64,000 nt of DNA. Origin: the human T2T-CHM13v2.0 reference genome, Homo sapiens. The notes beneath the pieces were generated by a model that made no database searches, was not told the DNA's origin, and was given only the letters and a program-made list of their open reading frames with translations. Both the position numbers and the translations under genes were made by a program. Positions 13,955 through 28,536 of the stretch are shown here, in pieces. How positions within the stretch are numbered: position 1 is the first letter of the stretch; each line of letters starts with the position of its first letter. Location: NCBI RefSeq assembly GCF_009914755.1, contig NC_060937.1; one strand, written 5' to 3'.

Positions 13955-14462
13955 CAGAGGTTCCCAAGGTTACTTAAGTCAGGGCACCCTTTTAGGGCAT
14001 GGCAGCTTTTCTCGTGGCACCCCTTGGATAAAAGTAATACCTAACAGTTTTGTTTACTAAGTAATAATGCTCAGACAACTTAATAAATATCCATGTCCTC
14101 ACAACCAGGTATAATATACAAAAATAACACACGTAAATCAAACTAAAAGAAAATATTTCATTTCATCCTTAAATAGCCAGGGCCACTGGCTCATGAGTGA
14201 GCACACCTGCTGGTCACACACAATTCCCCCGTCTCTGGAATCACTGGACACAGTCACCCTCATTTCCTGGTCCACCTTGACTTTTGTTTGATTCTCGTTT
14301 TTTTTGTAGCAGCTGAGGAAAACCCAGCTCCACAAAGATATGGCATCGCCTACTAGTTTCCGGGAATGTGATTGTGTGTTCTGAAAGCAGAAACTGTCCT
14401 GTGGCACTCCTGGGAGTCCATGGTCTCACCAGTGTTCCTTAGCACACAGTTGGGAACCACTG
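13955..14462. mobile_element. hAT-Charlie non-autonomous DNA transposon (MER119-like)
   Basis: TIRs CAGAGGTTCCCAA / TTGGGAACCACTG; internal AATACCTAACAG and CCCTCATTTCCTG match the recalled MER119 consensus. Confidence 0.7.
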
Positions 14463-15699
14463 GAGCAAGTCCAGTTTCAAGTTTGCAGCTGCCCTCTCGG
14501 GGAATGTACAGATGAAACATCAGCCACAGAAGGCTCCTCATCCACTGTCATGTGACTGTAAAAGATTTGTGAATCTGTAAGCAGCACTTAATGGAAGGTA
14601 TCTCAATGGCAACAGAAGTCAAGGAAAATCCTTCACCTCTGCATCCCTGCAAGGGCACGTGATGCAAATTAATTTGCCAGATCTTCCTTTTTGGGTGAAA
14701 AAGTCCAAGTAACAGTGGAAAGAGAATTCTGCCTCTCTTGGCTATGCTTTGCTCTGTCTGGCCCCGAACTGAAAATTGAGCTCAGTTTCCTCATTCTGAA
14801 GTGATCTGGGGATGGCGCCTTTGCCCAGCGTGCTCAGGTGTGGTATCTGTCAGATTTGATCATTAAACCCCCAACAGGGACTGCTGGACAAGACAGGAGG
14901 ATTGGGACTCAAGGTCGGGGATTGAGCACACGGAGCCTTTCTTGTGCTGATGACCGGTCAGACTTCAGCATGGCCCAGTCAGCTGTGGCCATTTCTGAGC
15001 CTGATTGATCCCTTTGGGAAATGACCACACATTAAAGGAAATCGGATTCAGTATAAAGCCTGATTTGTTGTTTCCGTGACTGGAAGGGACTTCCCAAATG
15101 GGCCCCTGCAGGATTACAGTATTGGGAGCTGCAATTATTTGAGCTCTGTGGCTGAGTTTCCATACAGAAAAAACAGACCAGAAATCCTTCCCTGGGTTTT
15201 GTAAAAGTTGATTCAGACAGATGGGCCTGTCTATTACATTTTTGCTCTGGGAAATAATTATAATTATTTAGATGGCTTAAACCTTCAGGTTGCTATGTAT
15301 TTCTTTAAAGTCCATGTCCTTAATTCTACTGTTTTTCTTACTGATCAGAATTCTTAGACCTTTTCCATTTGGAAAACTCTTTCTCTAATCCCCACACGCT
15401 CCACTAGTCTCACCATAAATGTTTCTGCCCCTTTCCTTCAAGCCATGAAGGTTCACCAGGGTGAGAGAAACAGAAATGGCATCTCAATGTAAGCCGGTAG
15501 GAAATCCCTTCTATAGATTCATCCTTTTAGGATGGATCTCAATGTGAGATGAGGAATACATTTCCATGAAATTTCGTTGAATAGATAATCCACAACATTG
15601 GTGGAGGTGGAGAGAGAAAAGAAAATGTCTCCTTAAGTTAGACCCAAAGAGAACAGCCAATTATACACAGGTGGATACCCACTAACCTGTTATTAAAAT

Positions 15700-16325
15700 A
15701 AATTTTTAAGTTTTGAATGAATTTAGATTTACAAAGAGGATGCAAAGATAGTACAGAGCGCTCTCGCATAGAGAGCCCACACCCCATTTCCCCTGTTGGC
15801 AACATCTTATGTTATCATCGTGCATCGAGAAACCAGTGATGCCACCTTGCTATGGACCATGCACTCTGCACGTCATGTGGGTTTTGTCAGCTTCTCACAA
15901 ATGTCCTTTATCTGTGTCACAGTCCCATTCAGAAACCTCATGTATAGTCACCGTGTCTCCCTGGCCTCCTCTGGTCTGTGACGGTTTTCTAGATGTTCTT
16001 TGCTTTTTAGTGACCTTGACAGTTTTGAGGAGAACAGGTCAGTATTTTGTAGGATGTCCCTCAATCTGGGTTTGTCTGTTTTCTCACGATTGAAGTGGGG
16101 TTCTGGGCTCTTGGAAATAACACAATAGAGGTGAAGTGCCCTTCTCTGGTACACATGTTCATGAATCTTGGCTGTGCATTTACCTAGGAGGGAAATTGCT
16201 GTGAAAGTGGGTGTGTGTATCTTTAACCTCTGTAGGTAGAGTCAAACAGTTTCCAAGGTGGTAGTCCAATTTACAGGCCACCAGCAGTGTCTGAAAGCTT
16301 CTGTTTTCCTACAACCTCACCACAG
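15700..16325 (-). mobile_element. L1MC4-like and L1ME fragments
   Basis: GATTTACAAAGAGGATGCAAAGATAGTACAGAG...TGACCTTGACAGTTTTGAGGAG...GGTCAGTATTTTGTAGGATGTCCCTC. Confidence 0.7.
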
Positions 16326-16326
16326 G

Positions 16327-17002
16327 TGTGTCATAGTTCATTCAAGCTACTATCACAAAGGATCTTAGACTGGGTAATTTATAACCATGGAAACATTGCT
16401 CACAGTTCTGGAGGTTGGGAAGTCTAAAATCAGGGCACCAGCAGGCCATTTGGTGAGGGCTGCTCTCTGCTCCATAGATGGTGCCTCACTGCTGTGTCCT
16501 CACATGGCATGAGGGATAAAGGACCAAACAGGCTCCCTCAAGCCCCTCCACTTCTTTTTTTGTTTGAGATAGGGTCTCGCTCTGTTGCCCAAGCTGGAGT
16601 GCAGTGGCATGATCTTTGCTCACTGAAACCTCTGCCTCTTGGGTTCAAGTGATCCTCCCGCCTCAGCCTCCTGAGTAGCTGGGATTATAGGCATGTGGCA
16701 CCATACCTGGATGATTTTTGTACTTTTAGCAGAGACAGGGTTTCACCATGTTGCCCAGGCTGGCCTCGAACTCCTGAGCTCAGGCAATCCATCCGCCTTG
16801 GCCTCCCAAAATGCTGGGATTGCAGGCGTGAGCCACTGTGCCTGGCCCTCAACCCTTATATAAGGACACTAATCTCACTCACGAGGATTCCACCCTCATG
16901 ACCTAGCCACCTTCCAAAGGCCCTACCTCCAGATGCCGTCAAATTGGTGGTTAGGATTTCAACAAATGAACTTGGTGGGAAATACACATTTGGACCACAG
17001 CA
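16327..17002 (-). mobile_element. MLT1A/MSTD-type MaLR LTR containing an Alu
   Basis: CTCACAGTTCTGGAGGTTGGGAAGTC...GGACCACAGCA. Confidence 0.75.
16553..16847 (-). mobile_element. Alu (Jb/Sx)
   Basis: Full reverse Alu. Confidence 0.92.
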
Positions 17003-17004
17003 AT

Positions 17005-17728
17005 GTATTACCGTCATTCTTTTTAATGTTATCCATTCTCTGTGTGTTGTAGAATCTCAAAGTAATCATTTTCATCTTAATGAGGGTGAGAATTTTTTTA
17101 TATGCGATTGGCAACTTTAATACTCTCTTTGGCAAAGCACCTGTGAAGGTCTTTCCTGGTTTTCTATGGGGTTGTCTGTTATTTTCATATCTGTGGGAGT
17201 TCTTCGTATCATTGAGATACAATCTCTTTGTCAGTTAAATATCTTCTCCCACTCTATGGCTTGGATTTTTTGCTCATTTAAGGCTTCTTATAAAGGACAG
17301 AGTTCTTCATTAAAATGTCATCCAAAATTGCACTTTTTCATTTATGGTAGAGTTTTTTGTGTCTGCTTAAAGTGTCCTTCCCTACTCTGAGGTCATGAAG
17401 GTATTTTGCTGTGTTTTCTTACCAAAACATTACTGTTTCACTTTTCACATTTTGGTAAGCTGGTATTGATTTTTATGTATGGAGGCAAGTGGAGGTTAAA
17501 TCTTTCTTTCTCCCTCTTCTTTTCCTTCCTTCCTTCCTTCTCTTTCTTTCTCTCCTTTCTTCTCTCTTTCTCTTTTCTTTCACCTCATATAAATACTTAA
17601 TTGTCCCATCACATGTATTAGAAGTCCTGCCTTTCCCTGCACTCTGCGGGGCCACCTCTGTCACAACCCTGGAGGCCATCCATGCAGTGTGTTTCTGGAG
17701 TCTGTTCTGTTTCAGTGTTTTATTTGTC
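17005..17728 (-). mobile_element. L1ME ORF2 3' fragment
   Basis: Degenerate antisense L1 ORF2 end (TATCTTCTCCCACTCTATGGCTTG...). Confidence 0.6.
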
Positions 17729-17729
17729 T

Positions 17730-18090
17730 GCACTATGGTCTGAACGTTTGTGTCCTCCCACATTTCATATGCTGAAATCTAATTCCCAATGTGATAGAAT
17801 GAGGAGCTGGGGCCTTTGGGAGGGAGGAGTTCATGGGGGCAGATCCTCAGGAATGAGATTAGTGCCCTTGTAAATGAGGCCCCAGAGAGCTCCCACATCC
17901 CTTTTGCCATGTGAGGTCACAGCAAAGAGATGGCTTCCCTGAACCAGGAACCAGGCTTCACCAACACCAAATCTGCTAGCACCTTGATCTTCCACTTCCC
18001 AGTCCCCAGAACTGCGATAAATACATTTCCGTGGTTAGAAGCCACCTGGTTTGTGGTGTTGTGTCATAACAGCTAGGACATGCTGAGACG
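17730..18090 (+). mobile_element. MLT1A/MSTD-type LTR
   Basis: CTATGGTCTGAACGTTTGTGTCCTCCC...AATCTGCTAGCACCTTGATCTTCCACTTCCCAG. Confidence 0.8.
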
Positions 18091-18219
18091 GTCTTCCACC
18101 TCCACCACGGCATCTCTGACCTTCAGCTCTGGGCAGTGCGACTGCCCAGCAGAGCAAGCTCCTGCCTGGATCCTGCAAGGCTCTTCCAGGCCTTTGCATT
18201 TTTGTATAACTCACTTAAA

Positions 18220-19118
18220 AAAATTTGGTAAGTTTTTACGTTGAAATAATTTGAATCTTACAGAAAATTTGCAAGAATAGCACAAAGAATTTCTGTAGAT
18301 ACTTCACCTAGATTCGCCAATTGCTGATACTTGCTTTATGGTCTCTCTCCTTCCATATGTATGTAATATACACATTATTTTTCTGACAATTTCAGAGTAA
18401 GTCACAGTCATGATGTTCCTTTATCCCTAAAGATTCCAGTAAGTATGCACTAAGAGTAAAGACATCCTCTTAGTAACTACAGGCACAGTTATCAAAATCA
18501 GAAAAAGAATGTAAAAATAATACATGTACAATACTGTTTTCTATTCCTCAGACTTTATTTATTGTTTTACCAATCAATTGTTCCAATAACATGTTTTTAT
18601 GCAAAAACATTCTGCTCCAGGATCCAGTCCAGGGTCACATGTTGTACTTATTTCCTAGGTCTCTTCAGTTTTCTTTAATCTGGGGGATTCTTTAGTCTGG
18701 CTTTCTCTTTTGAGACCTTGACATTTTGACCACGATTTTGTAGCATTTCCTCACCTAGGGGTTGTCTCATGTTTCTTCCTGATTAAACTGAGGTTGTGAA
18801 TTTCTGGCAGGAGAACCACAGAAGTGAGATGATGCCCTTTTCAGAGCAACGTCAGGAACACATGCTTCCCAGCGCCACACAGTTAAGGAGATGTCTGACA
18901 GTCCTCTTTTCTGTACAGGTAATATTTTTTTTGCTTTTGTAATTAGTATTTATTCTGAGAGGGAGATACTTTGATACTATGTAAATATACTGTTACACAT
19001 CATTCTTTAATCCATTAGTTTTAGCATTTGTTGATGATTCTAATCTGAGTTGATTGTTAACATGGTGGTTTTCAAATGATGATTTTTCTAACCCCATTGT
19101 TCCTACATTTATTCCTTG
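18220..19118 (-). mobile_element. L1MC4/MC5 3' region
   Basis: TTGAAATAATTTGAATCTTACAGAAAATTTGCAAGAATAG...GATACTTTGATACTATGTAAATA. Confidence 0.7.
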
Positions 19119-19525
19119 GTGTTATGGGTTAATTGTGTGTTCATAACCTCTAGCACCCAAATTCATAACTCTTAGCACCTCAACATGTGCCCTTATTTGG
19201 AGTTTGGTCTTTACAGAGGTGATCAAGATAAAATAAGGTTATTAGGGTGGGCCCCAATCCAACAAGACAGGGGTCCTTATAATAAGGGAAGATTTAGGTG
19301 GAAAGACACACACAAGGAGGATGATAGGAAGGCCCAGGAGAAGGCAGCCATCTACAAGCCAAGGAGAGAGGCTTGAACAGATAATCCCCCAGCCTCAGAA
19401 GGAGTCAACCCTACGGACACCTTGATCTGGGACTTCCAGCCTCCAGAGCTGTGAGACAATACGTTTTTGTTGTTGAAGCCACTGGGTTTGTGGTGTTTTT
19501 TACAGCAGCCCTAGGAAACAGTTCT
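19119..19525 (+). mobile_element. MLT1B LTR
   Basis: TGTTATGGGTTAATTGTGT...AAGCCAAGGAGAGAGGC...CAGCAGCCCTAGGAAAC. Confidence 0.8.
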
Positions 19526-19809
19526 CTATGATAAGGAAGAGTTCTTTGGCCCTCCCTTATTGGTTTAGTTACTTTGATCAGTGTGAACTTAGGGGACTTT
19601 GCTGCTTGCATTGTCCTAGATGAGGCAGGAGAGTCCCACACACTGGTGCCATGTCCTCTGGACCTGCCTCATCATTGTTTTTGTCCAGGGTGTGACAGGC
19701 CCACTTTGTTCTCTCTCCATGCCTGGCCTGAAGTCAGCCTCTTTCCCACAGAGTCCAGGTTCCTGAGAGTGAAGAATGATGTTCAAAAACCAAGATCTGT
19801 GAGTCACGT

Positions 19810-20600
19810 AAGCTTTCTGAAACAGCTTGTCATTTTTCACAAACAGATCTGTTTGAATTGTGGTGGGATTTCAGTGACCTGTAGAATACTTTAGGGAGTG
19901 TTGATAGTTTTACAAAAACGAGGCTTCCTCTTGTTAAACTCTCCATTTTATGAGGTTTTCTTCAATTTGTCACTCTTGTAGTTTATGGTTTTCCATCTAG
20001 AGATACTGTGTGTCAATCAGATTTATTCCTAACTTTTTGATGTTCTTTCAATACTATTTTAACTTGTTTTAGCTCTTCTAAAACTGATTTTCTTACTGTT
20101 TATTATTGATATATGGAAATATAGTTGATTTTTGCCTGTTGGTCTTATGTCTAATAAACCAATTTACTGGTTCTGATAATTTATTCGTAGATTATTTTGG
20201 ATGGTCTACACACGCAATTATATTTCCTGAGAAAATGGCAGTTTTATTTCTTCCTTTTTGATACTTAAACATTTAGCATCTTTTTCACACCTTTCTGCAC
20301 TGGCAGGACATTCAGAACAAGGCTGAAAAGAGAAAGAGAGAGAAGGCATTCTTATCTTCTCACAGTCTTCAAGGGAAAGCTCTCAGCATTTCATAATTGA
20401 GTACGTTTGTGGTAGACTTTTTTTCTGTAAATACTTATTGTCATATTATAAAAGTTTCTTTCCATTTTAAGTTTACTATGAGATTTTCTAGAAATCATTA
20501 ATAAATGTTGACTTTTAATGAAGGCATCTATTTATATCTACATCTATTAAGCTAATCATATGATATTTCTCCTTTATTCTGTTAATGTATGCAATTATAT
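19810..20600 (-). mobile_element. L1ME ORF2 fragment (continues to about 22700 between insertions)
   Basis: AT-rich antisense L1 ORF2 (AAGGGAAAGCTCTCAGCATTTC...). Confidence 0.6.
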
Positions 20601-20607
20601 TGATTGT

Positions 20608-21296
<689 letters not shown>

Positions 21297-21361
21297 TGAT
21301 CACAAAGTGTTACGCTTTTTATTTACTGCTGAGTTAAATTGGTTAATACTGTGTATAGAAC

Positions 21362-21731
21362 TGTCTAAATGTCTTCCAGATGCTATAACAAAATACCATG
21401 GACTGGGTGTCTTTTTACAACAGAAACTTATTTCTCACAGTTCTGGAGGCTGGGAAATCCCAGACTGAGGTTTAATTATTTTGGCAGAGTCTGTGTCTGG
21501 TGAGGGCTTCTTGGTTCATAGATGGAGCCTTCCTGCTGTGTGCTCACATGGTGGAAGGGGCAAGGGAGCTCTCTGGGGTCTCTTTTATAAGGACATTCAT
21601 CCCATTCACAAGGAATCTGCCCCATGAGCTCAGGACCTCCCAAAGGCCCTACCTCTGAACATTATCTATCACATTGGTGATTAGGTTTAATGTATGAATT
21701 TTGGGTGGACACAAACATTTAGTTTACGGTA
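21362..21731 (-). mobile_element. MLT1A0 LTR
   Basis: GCTATAACAAAATACCATGGACTGGG...TTTCTCACAGTTCTGGAGGCTGGGAA...GGACACAAACATT. Confidence 0.8.
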
Positions 21732-21850
21732 AGAACTAAGTATCAAAGCTCTTGCGGCTTCATAAGACGAGCGGAGATCAGGCCCCTCTTTTCCCAGCAC
21801 TGGCTTTAGCTTCTTCCTTAAATGTTTGGTAGAAGTCATAAGTAAGTTAA

Positions 21851-22358
21851 CCCCTTTTCCATTTAGAAAAATAAAGTCCAGCTCACTGCCAGCGCTCATT
21901 TGCTTTTACATAAACACGCTCTTTGAGGCTGGAGCAAATCTAAATGATTTTCAATGTGAAAATAAAATATAAAAACTGTTCTTGGAGTTATTTCGAAACA
22001 GAACTAACATCAGAATCATCTGCATCATCAGAATCATCTATTTTAGAAAAATCGGATTTATCAAATTAATCTTCAGCAACAACTGTGAGAACCACGTTAA
22101 CATCACGTGTAGGAATTCTACATTTTCTAGGATTTGACATTTTCAGCAATTGAGAATTATTGTATTTTGTAAATGGAAAATACCACTACTAAAAGCAGAA
22201 TGCTATAAATAGAATGATGTATTTTGTTTCCAAAGTTGATACATTCGAGCTATGCAAAGATAATAATAAAAGTGAGATATTTTGTGGAGAATTATCTCGG
22301 GGTAAATGCTGCAGCCACAAACATAGCCAGCGAGTATGCTCAGGCGAACAGTAAAGGG
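21851..22358 (-). mobile_element. MER75 piggyBac-family MITE, full length
   Basis: TTAA TSDs at 21847-21850 and 22359-22362; CCC...GGG termini; body matches the recalled MER75 consensus (GAACTAACATCAGAATC, ACCACTACTAAAA). Confidence 0.9.
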
Positions 22359-23285
22359 TTAAGTTCTACCAACAGTAGGTTGTAACTTTATGGGAACTTG
22401 TCTACTTCATTTAATTTTCAAATAATTATAAAATTACGCATGACATCCTCTTGTTGCCATGTTTAATTCTGCAGGCTTTGTAGATATGCTCCCTTTTCAT
22501 TTTTGATGTTGAATATTATTTTGTGCCCCCCACCCCCACTTCCCTGCCACTTGTTTCTTGGTCACTTTTGCCAGAGGATTATTTATTTTGCTAGACTTCT
22601 GCAAGAACCAAGTTTTAGTTTTCTTGATTCTCTTTACTGAGTGTTAATATTTTTTAATTTCTATTATTGTCTTTATTATGTTCTTCCATCTAGCTTCTCT
22701 GTGTTTATTTTACGTTTTTTCAACTTCCTGAGCACCAGATTCCCCTCCCTAGGCCTACTCATTGGCCTGACCATTTTACACACCCGTACCACAGAGCAGA
22801 TGTTTGCATGTTTTGCCAGCTTTTCTAGTTGTGCTCCACAGAGAGTCTGGTCCAAATTACCCATTCAGTCATTACTGGAAGCAGAAATTTCTCATTTACA
22901 CATTTTTAATCCCCATTACTTAGGAGTCTACTGACCATATTCAATATAAAAAAAGGAACAAAGTGTCCATTTTTATACTGCTATAAAGAACTACCTAAGA
23001 CCGGGTAATTTATGAAGAAAAAAAGGTTTAATTGATTCACAGTTCCACATGGCTGGGGAGGCCTCAGGAAATTTACAATCATAGTGGAAGGCAAAGGGGA
23101 AGTGAGGACCTTCTTCACATGGTGGCAGGAGAGAGAGAGGATGAAGGGGAAAGTGCCACACTTTTAAACCATCAGATCTCATGCGAATTCACTTACTATC
23201 ATGAGAACGGCATGGGGGAAACTGCCCCCGTGATGCAATTGCCTCCGACCGGGTCCCTCCCTTGACATATGGGGATTACAATTCT

Positions 23286-23580
<295 letters not shown>

Positions 23581-24915
23581 GGGGATTACAATTCAAGATG
23601 AAATTTGGGTGGGGACACAGAGCCAAACCATATCATTTCACCCCTGGCCCCTTCCAAATTTCATGTCTTTCTCACATTGCAAAACCAATCATGCTTTCCC
23701 AACAGTCCCCCAGAGCCTTAACTCACTCCAGCATTAACTCAAAACTTCAAGTCCAAAGTCTCATCTGAGACAAGGCAAGTCTCTTCTGCCTATGAGCCTG
23801 TAAAATCAAAAACAAGTTAGTTACTTCTAAGATACAATGAGGGTACAGGCATTGGATAAATGCTTCCATTCCAAAAGTGAGAAATTGACCAAAACAAAGG
23901 GGCTGCGGGCCCCATCCAAGTCCAAAACCCAGTGGGGCAGTCATTAAATCTTAAAGCTCTGAAATGATCTCCTTTGACTCCATGTCTCACATCCAAGGTA
24001 TGCTGATGCAAGGGGTGGGCTCCCAAGACTTTGGGCAGCTCCACATCTGTGGCTCTGCAGGGTACAACCCCCACAGCTGCTTTCATGAGCTGGTGTTGAG
24101 CATCTGTGGCTTTCTCAGGTGCACATTGCAAGCTGTTGGTTGATCTACCATTCTGGGGTCTGGAGGATGGTGACTGTCTTCTCACAGCTCCACTAGGCAG
24201 TGCCACAGTGGGGACTCTGTGTGGGGGCTCCAACCCCATGTTTCCCCTCTGCTCTAACCTAGTAGAGGTCCTCCATGAGGGCTCCACCCCCTACAGCAGA
24301 AGTCTCCCTGGAAATCCAGGTGTTTCCATACATCCTCTGAAATCTAGGCGGAGGCTCCCAAACCTCAACTCTTGCCTTCTGTGCACCTGCAGGCCCAACA
24401 TCATGTGGAAGCTGCTAAGGCTTGGGACTTGCCCCCTCCAAAGCAATGGCCCAAGCTGTATCTTGGCCCCTTTTAGCCATGGCTGTAGCTGGAATAGCTG
24501 GGACACAGGGCACCAAATCCTGAGGCTGCACAGATCAGCAGTAGAGCCCTGGACCTGGCCCATGAAACCATTTTTACCTCCTAGGCCTCTGGGCCTGTGA
24601 TAGGAGGGACTGCCTTGAAAATTTTTGAAATGCCCTAGACACATTTTCCCCATTGTCTTGGCTATTAACATTTGGCTTCCCTTTACTTATGCAAATTTCT
24701 GCAGCTGGTGACTTGACTTTTTCCTCAGAAAATGGGTTTTTCTTTTTTACCACAGGGTCAGGCTACAAATTTTTCAAACTTTTATCCTCTTCTTCCCTTT
24801 TAAACATAAGTTCCAATTTCAGATCATCTCTTTGTGAACCCATATGACTGTATGCCTTCAGAAAAAGCCAGGTCACATCTTGAGGGCTTTGCTGCTTAGA
24901 AGTTTCTTCTACCAG

Positions 24916-25269
24916 TGTATTAGTCCATTTTCATGCTGCTGATAAAGACAGACCTGAGACTGGGCAATTTACAAAAGAAACAGGTTTAATAGACTTACAG
25001 TTCTACATGGCTGGGAGGCTTCACAGTCATGGCAGAAGGCAAGGAGGAGCAAGTTACATCTTACATGGATGGCAGCAGGCAAAGAGAGAGAGCTTATGCA
25101 GGGGAACTCCTCTTTAAAAACCATCAGATCTCATGAGGCTTATTCACTATCATGAGAACAGCATGGGAAAGACTTGCCCCCATGATTCAATTACCCCCCA
25201 CTGGGTCCCTCCCACAACACATGGGAATTCAAGATAAGATTTGGGTGGAGACACAGTCAAACCATATCA
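24916..25269 (-). mobile_element. THE1B solo LTR nested in THE1D-int
   Basis: TGTATTAGTCCATTTTCATGCTGCTGATAAAGAC...AAACCATATCA; TSD ACCAG/GCCAG. Confidence 0.9.
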
Positions 25270-27229
25270 GCCAGATACCCTAAATAATCTCTCTCAAGTT
25301 CAAAGTTCCACAGATCTCTAGGGCAGGGGCAAAATGCTGCCAGTCTCTTTACTGAAGCATGGCAAGAGTAACGTATGCTCCAGTTCCCAAGAAGGTCCTC
25401 ATCTCCATCTGAGACCACTTCCCTGGACTTCATTGTTCATATCACTATGGTCAGTTTGGTCAAAACCAATCAACAAGTCTCTAGGAAATTCCAAACTTCC
25501 CCACATCTTCCTGTCTTCTTCTGAGCCCTCCAAACTGTTCCAACCTCTGTTACCCAATTCCAGAGTGACTTCCACATTTTCAAATATCTTTGTAGCAGCT
25601 CCCCAAGCTCCCAGTATCAATTTCCTGTATTAGTCTGTTTTCACACTGCTGTGAAGAACTACAAGAGAATGGGTAATTTAAGAAAAGAGGTTTAATTGAC
25701 TCACAGTTCCACATGGTTGGGGAGGCCTTGGGAAACTTACAATCATGGCGGAAGGCAAAGGAGAAGCAAGGACCTTCTTCACATGGTTGCAGGAGAGAAA
25801 GAGGGAGAGAGAGAATAGGGGAAAATACCACACTTTAATCAGATTTCATGAGAACTCACTCACTATGATAAGGAAACCACCCCCATGATTCAATTGCCTC
25901 CCACCAGGTCCCTCCCTTGACACATGGGGATTACAATTCAAGATGAGATTTGGATGGGGACAGAGAGTCAAACCGTATCAAAAAGTAAAGGTGGTTTTGA
26001 ACAAATGTGCTGGTACAGACCCATCCAAGTCACCGTGTTCTTGTCCAGATGGTTGGCTTGCAAGGTGCATATTTACCTCATGGTGCTGCCAGGATCAATG
26101 CTTTTGGAGTTCTTTCTCGGAAAATTTCTTCAGGCCAGCGTTCAAAACACCATTCTTCTAAAAAATGTTTAGTTTCTTAGAGCACTTTAGGTTTACAGCA
26201 AAATTGAGGTGTATTTAGGGGTATATGAGAGTTCCCATATTTGCTCCCCACACATGTGCACAGCCTCCCCTATTATCAAAGTCCCTCTCCTGTCCCAAAG
26301 AAAGTGCCTCATTCTGTATAATAAATCACTTTATTTATTAGTCTTTGTTTTTAGTTATTTTGAGTCACTGAAAAATTAAAACTTAATTTCAAAGAAAGAA
26401 GCTTTACAACTATTAGAATACCTCATGGGTCCAAAATACAGTCCCTGGTGGAAAATCCCAAATGTGCTTCAGACAGGTTGGGTGTGTAAGTGCAGAGTGC
26501 TGTGTGACTGTGTCTTGCTTGTCAGGCAGATGATATGTGACAACAAGCAGCATTGTTCTGCAAGCCGGGTTTTGTTGGTGCACACGCTCCATGCCTGAGA
26601 GGCTCATGATCATGGGCTCACCGTTTCTCTAGCTTTTTAACTCAGAATCAAAACACTGTAACTTCCCTTCAAGAACAAGTATTTTCTCACCTAATGTACA
26701 GCCTAATATCAGAATATTAGAATTGCATAACATTTTAGCTTCCAGTTGAGTTTCTTGAAACCTGTATTCAGATCAGAATGATCTTCTCATGAACTTATTC
26801 AAAGTTTCTGAATAACCATGGTCAGATCATGACAATTGATTAATCTCAATTCACTTTCAGGATTAAAGCCTGGGCTTCATAGTGAGAGAATTTTCAAGCC
26901 ATCTGAAACTTTAAGTCATAAAGAACTTGAAAACTATTTGTCAGTAGCTATCAAAATTGTAAATGCACCCTTAACTCAGTCATTCTAGGTTTCTGTCCTG
27001 CTGAAACCATTGCACCACTGTCCAAGAATGTGTGTTCAAATCACTGAGGCATCATTTATAGCAGTAAGCAATTAAAAAGCAATCTATCTATGACTCAAGG
27101 ACTGTTGACGAAATGTACAGCATATTCACACTATGGCATACAGTGCAGCTGTCAAAAAGAGTGAGGAGAATCTACTGCTCTGACATGAACATTTGCGAGA
27201 AAAGAAAAAGCTACAGATGAATATGTGTG

Positions 27230-28200
27230 CAGCCACTGTGGAAGCTGGCTGGCAGCTTTCAGACAGCTACACACACAGTGCATATGACCCAGCATTTCCA
27301 ATCCTAGGTGCATACCCACAAGGATTGAAAACATATATCCCCACAAAAGCCTGCACATGAATGTTTATAGCAACCTTATTCATAACAGTGGAAACAACCC
27401 AAATGCCCATTAACTGGTGTATTAGCCCATTCTCACACTGCTATAAAGAACTTCCCCAGACTGGGTAATTTATAAAGGAAAGAGGTTTAATTAATTCACA
27501 GTTCTCCATGGCTGGGGAGGCCTCATGAAACTTATAATTATGATGGAAGGAGAAGTAGGTACATCTTACATGGCAGCAGGCAAGAAAGTGAGTTGGTGTC
27601 AGCGCAGGAAAAACTGCCATTTATAAAACCATCAGTTCTTGTGATAATTTACTCATTATCATGAGAACAGCATGGGGGAAACCACCCCCATGATCCCATC
27701 ACCTCCCTCCCTTGACACATGGTTACAATTCAAGATGAGATTTGGGTGGGGACACAGTGCCAAACCATATCAACTGGTGAGTGGATAAATGAAGTGTGGT
27801 CTGTCCATCTGGTGAATATTACCTGCCATAAAGAGGGATGGAGCACCGACCCATGCCATGGCATGGAGGAGCTTGGAAAACATAGTATTCAGGGAGGGAT
27901 GCCGGTGGCAAAAGCCCACGTGTTGTTATGACTCCATTTGTATGAAATGTCCAGAATAGGCAAATCCATAGACACAGAAAGCAGATTAGGGGCTGCCTAG
28001 GACTTGGGATGGGGGTAAGGGAGAGTGGGCATTCCTGCTACAGGGTAAGGGGATTCTTTGTGGGGTGAAAATGTGCTGAAGTTAGATAGTGGGATATCAT
28101 GCAACTCTCTGGATATACTAAAAGCTACTGAATTTCAAACTTTAAAATGAGTGTTATCATATGTGAATAATATTGCAATAAAGCTGTTATTAAATAATAC
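27230..28200 (+). mobile_element. L1MB 3' region, split by a THE1/MST LTR
   Basis: CATATGACCCAGCATTTCCAATCCTAGG...TCCAGAATAGGCAAATCCATAGACACAGAAAGCAGATTAG...AATAAAGCTG. Confidence 0.8.
27418..27772 (-). mobile_element. THE1C/D solo LTR
   Basis: TGTATTAGCCC...CAAACCATATCA; perfect TSD ACTGG. Confidence 0.88.
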
Positions 28201-28536
28201 AGAGAATACAGTCAATTTTTTTTGAAAAATGTGTATGACAGAGGATGGGAAGCCTTTCCCCCAGCTGGTCATTGTTGTTCTAGAGTTGAGACATGAGGCA
28301 GATGCCCTCTATCCTCATACATTGTATCATTTATCAATACATCATGTCTGTGTTGATTGCACTTTCCATGAGTATGTATTACTTTTGTAACTAGAAAAAA
28401 ATTGTTGAGGGGAGGAAGAAAAAAACTTCTCTTTAAAAATAAGATTTGATAGCAGGAGCTGTGATAGACTGATAAGTCAACTTCATAAAAAATTAAAAAG
28501 ATCTTCATGGAAAAATATCACCAACTTATGGGAAAA

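Noticed and set aside
23817-24671. ORFs of 126-164 aa
   Set aside because: Decayed THE1 internal sequence
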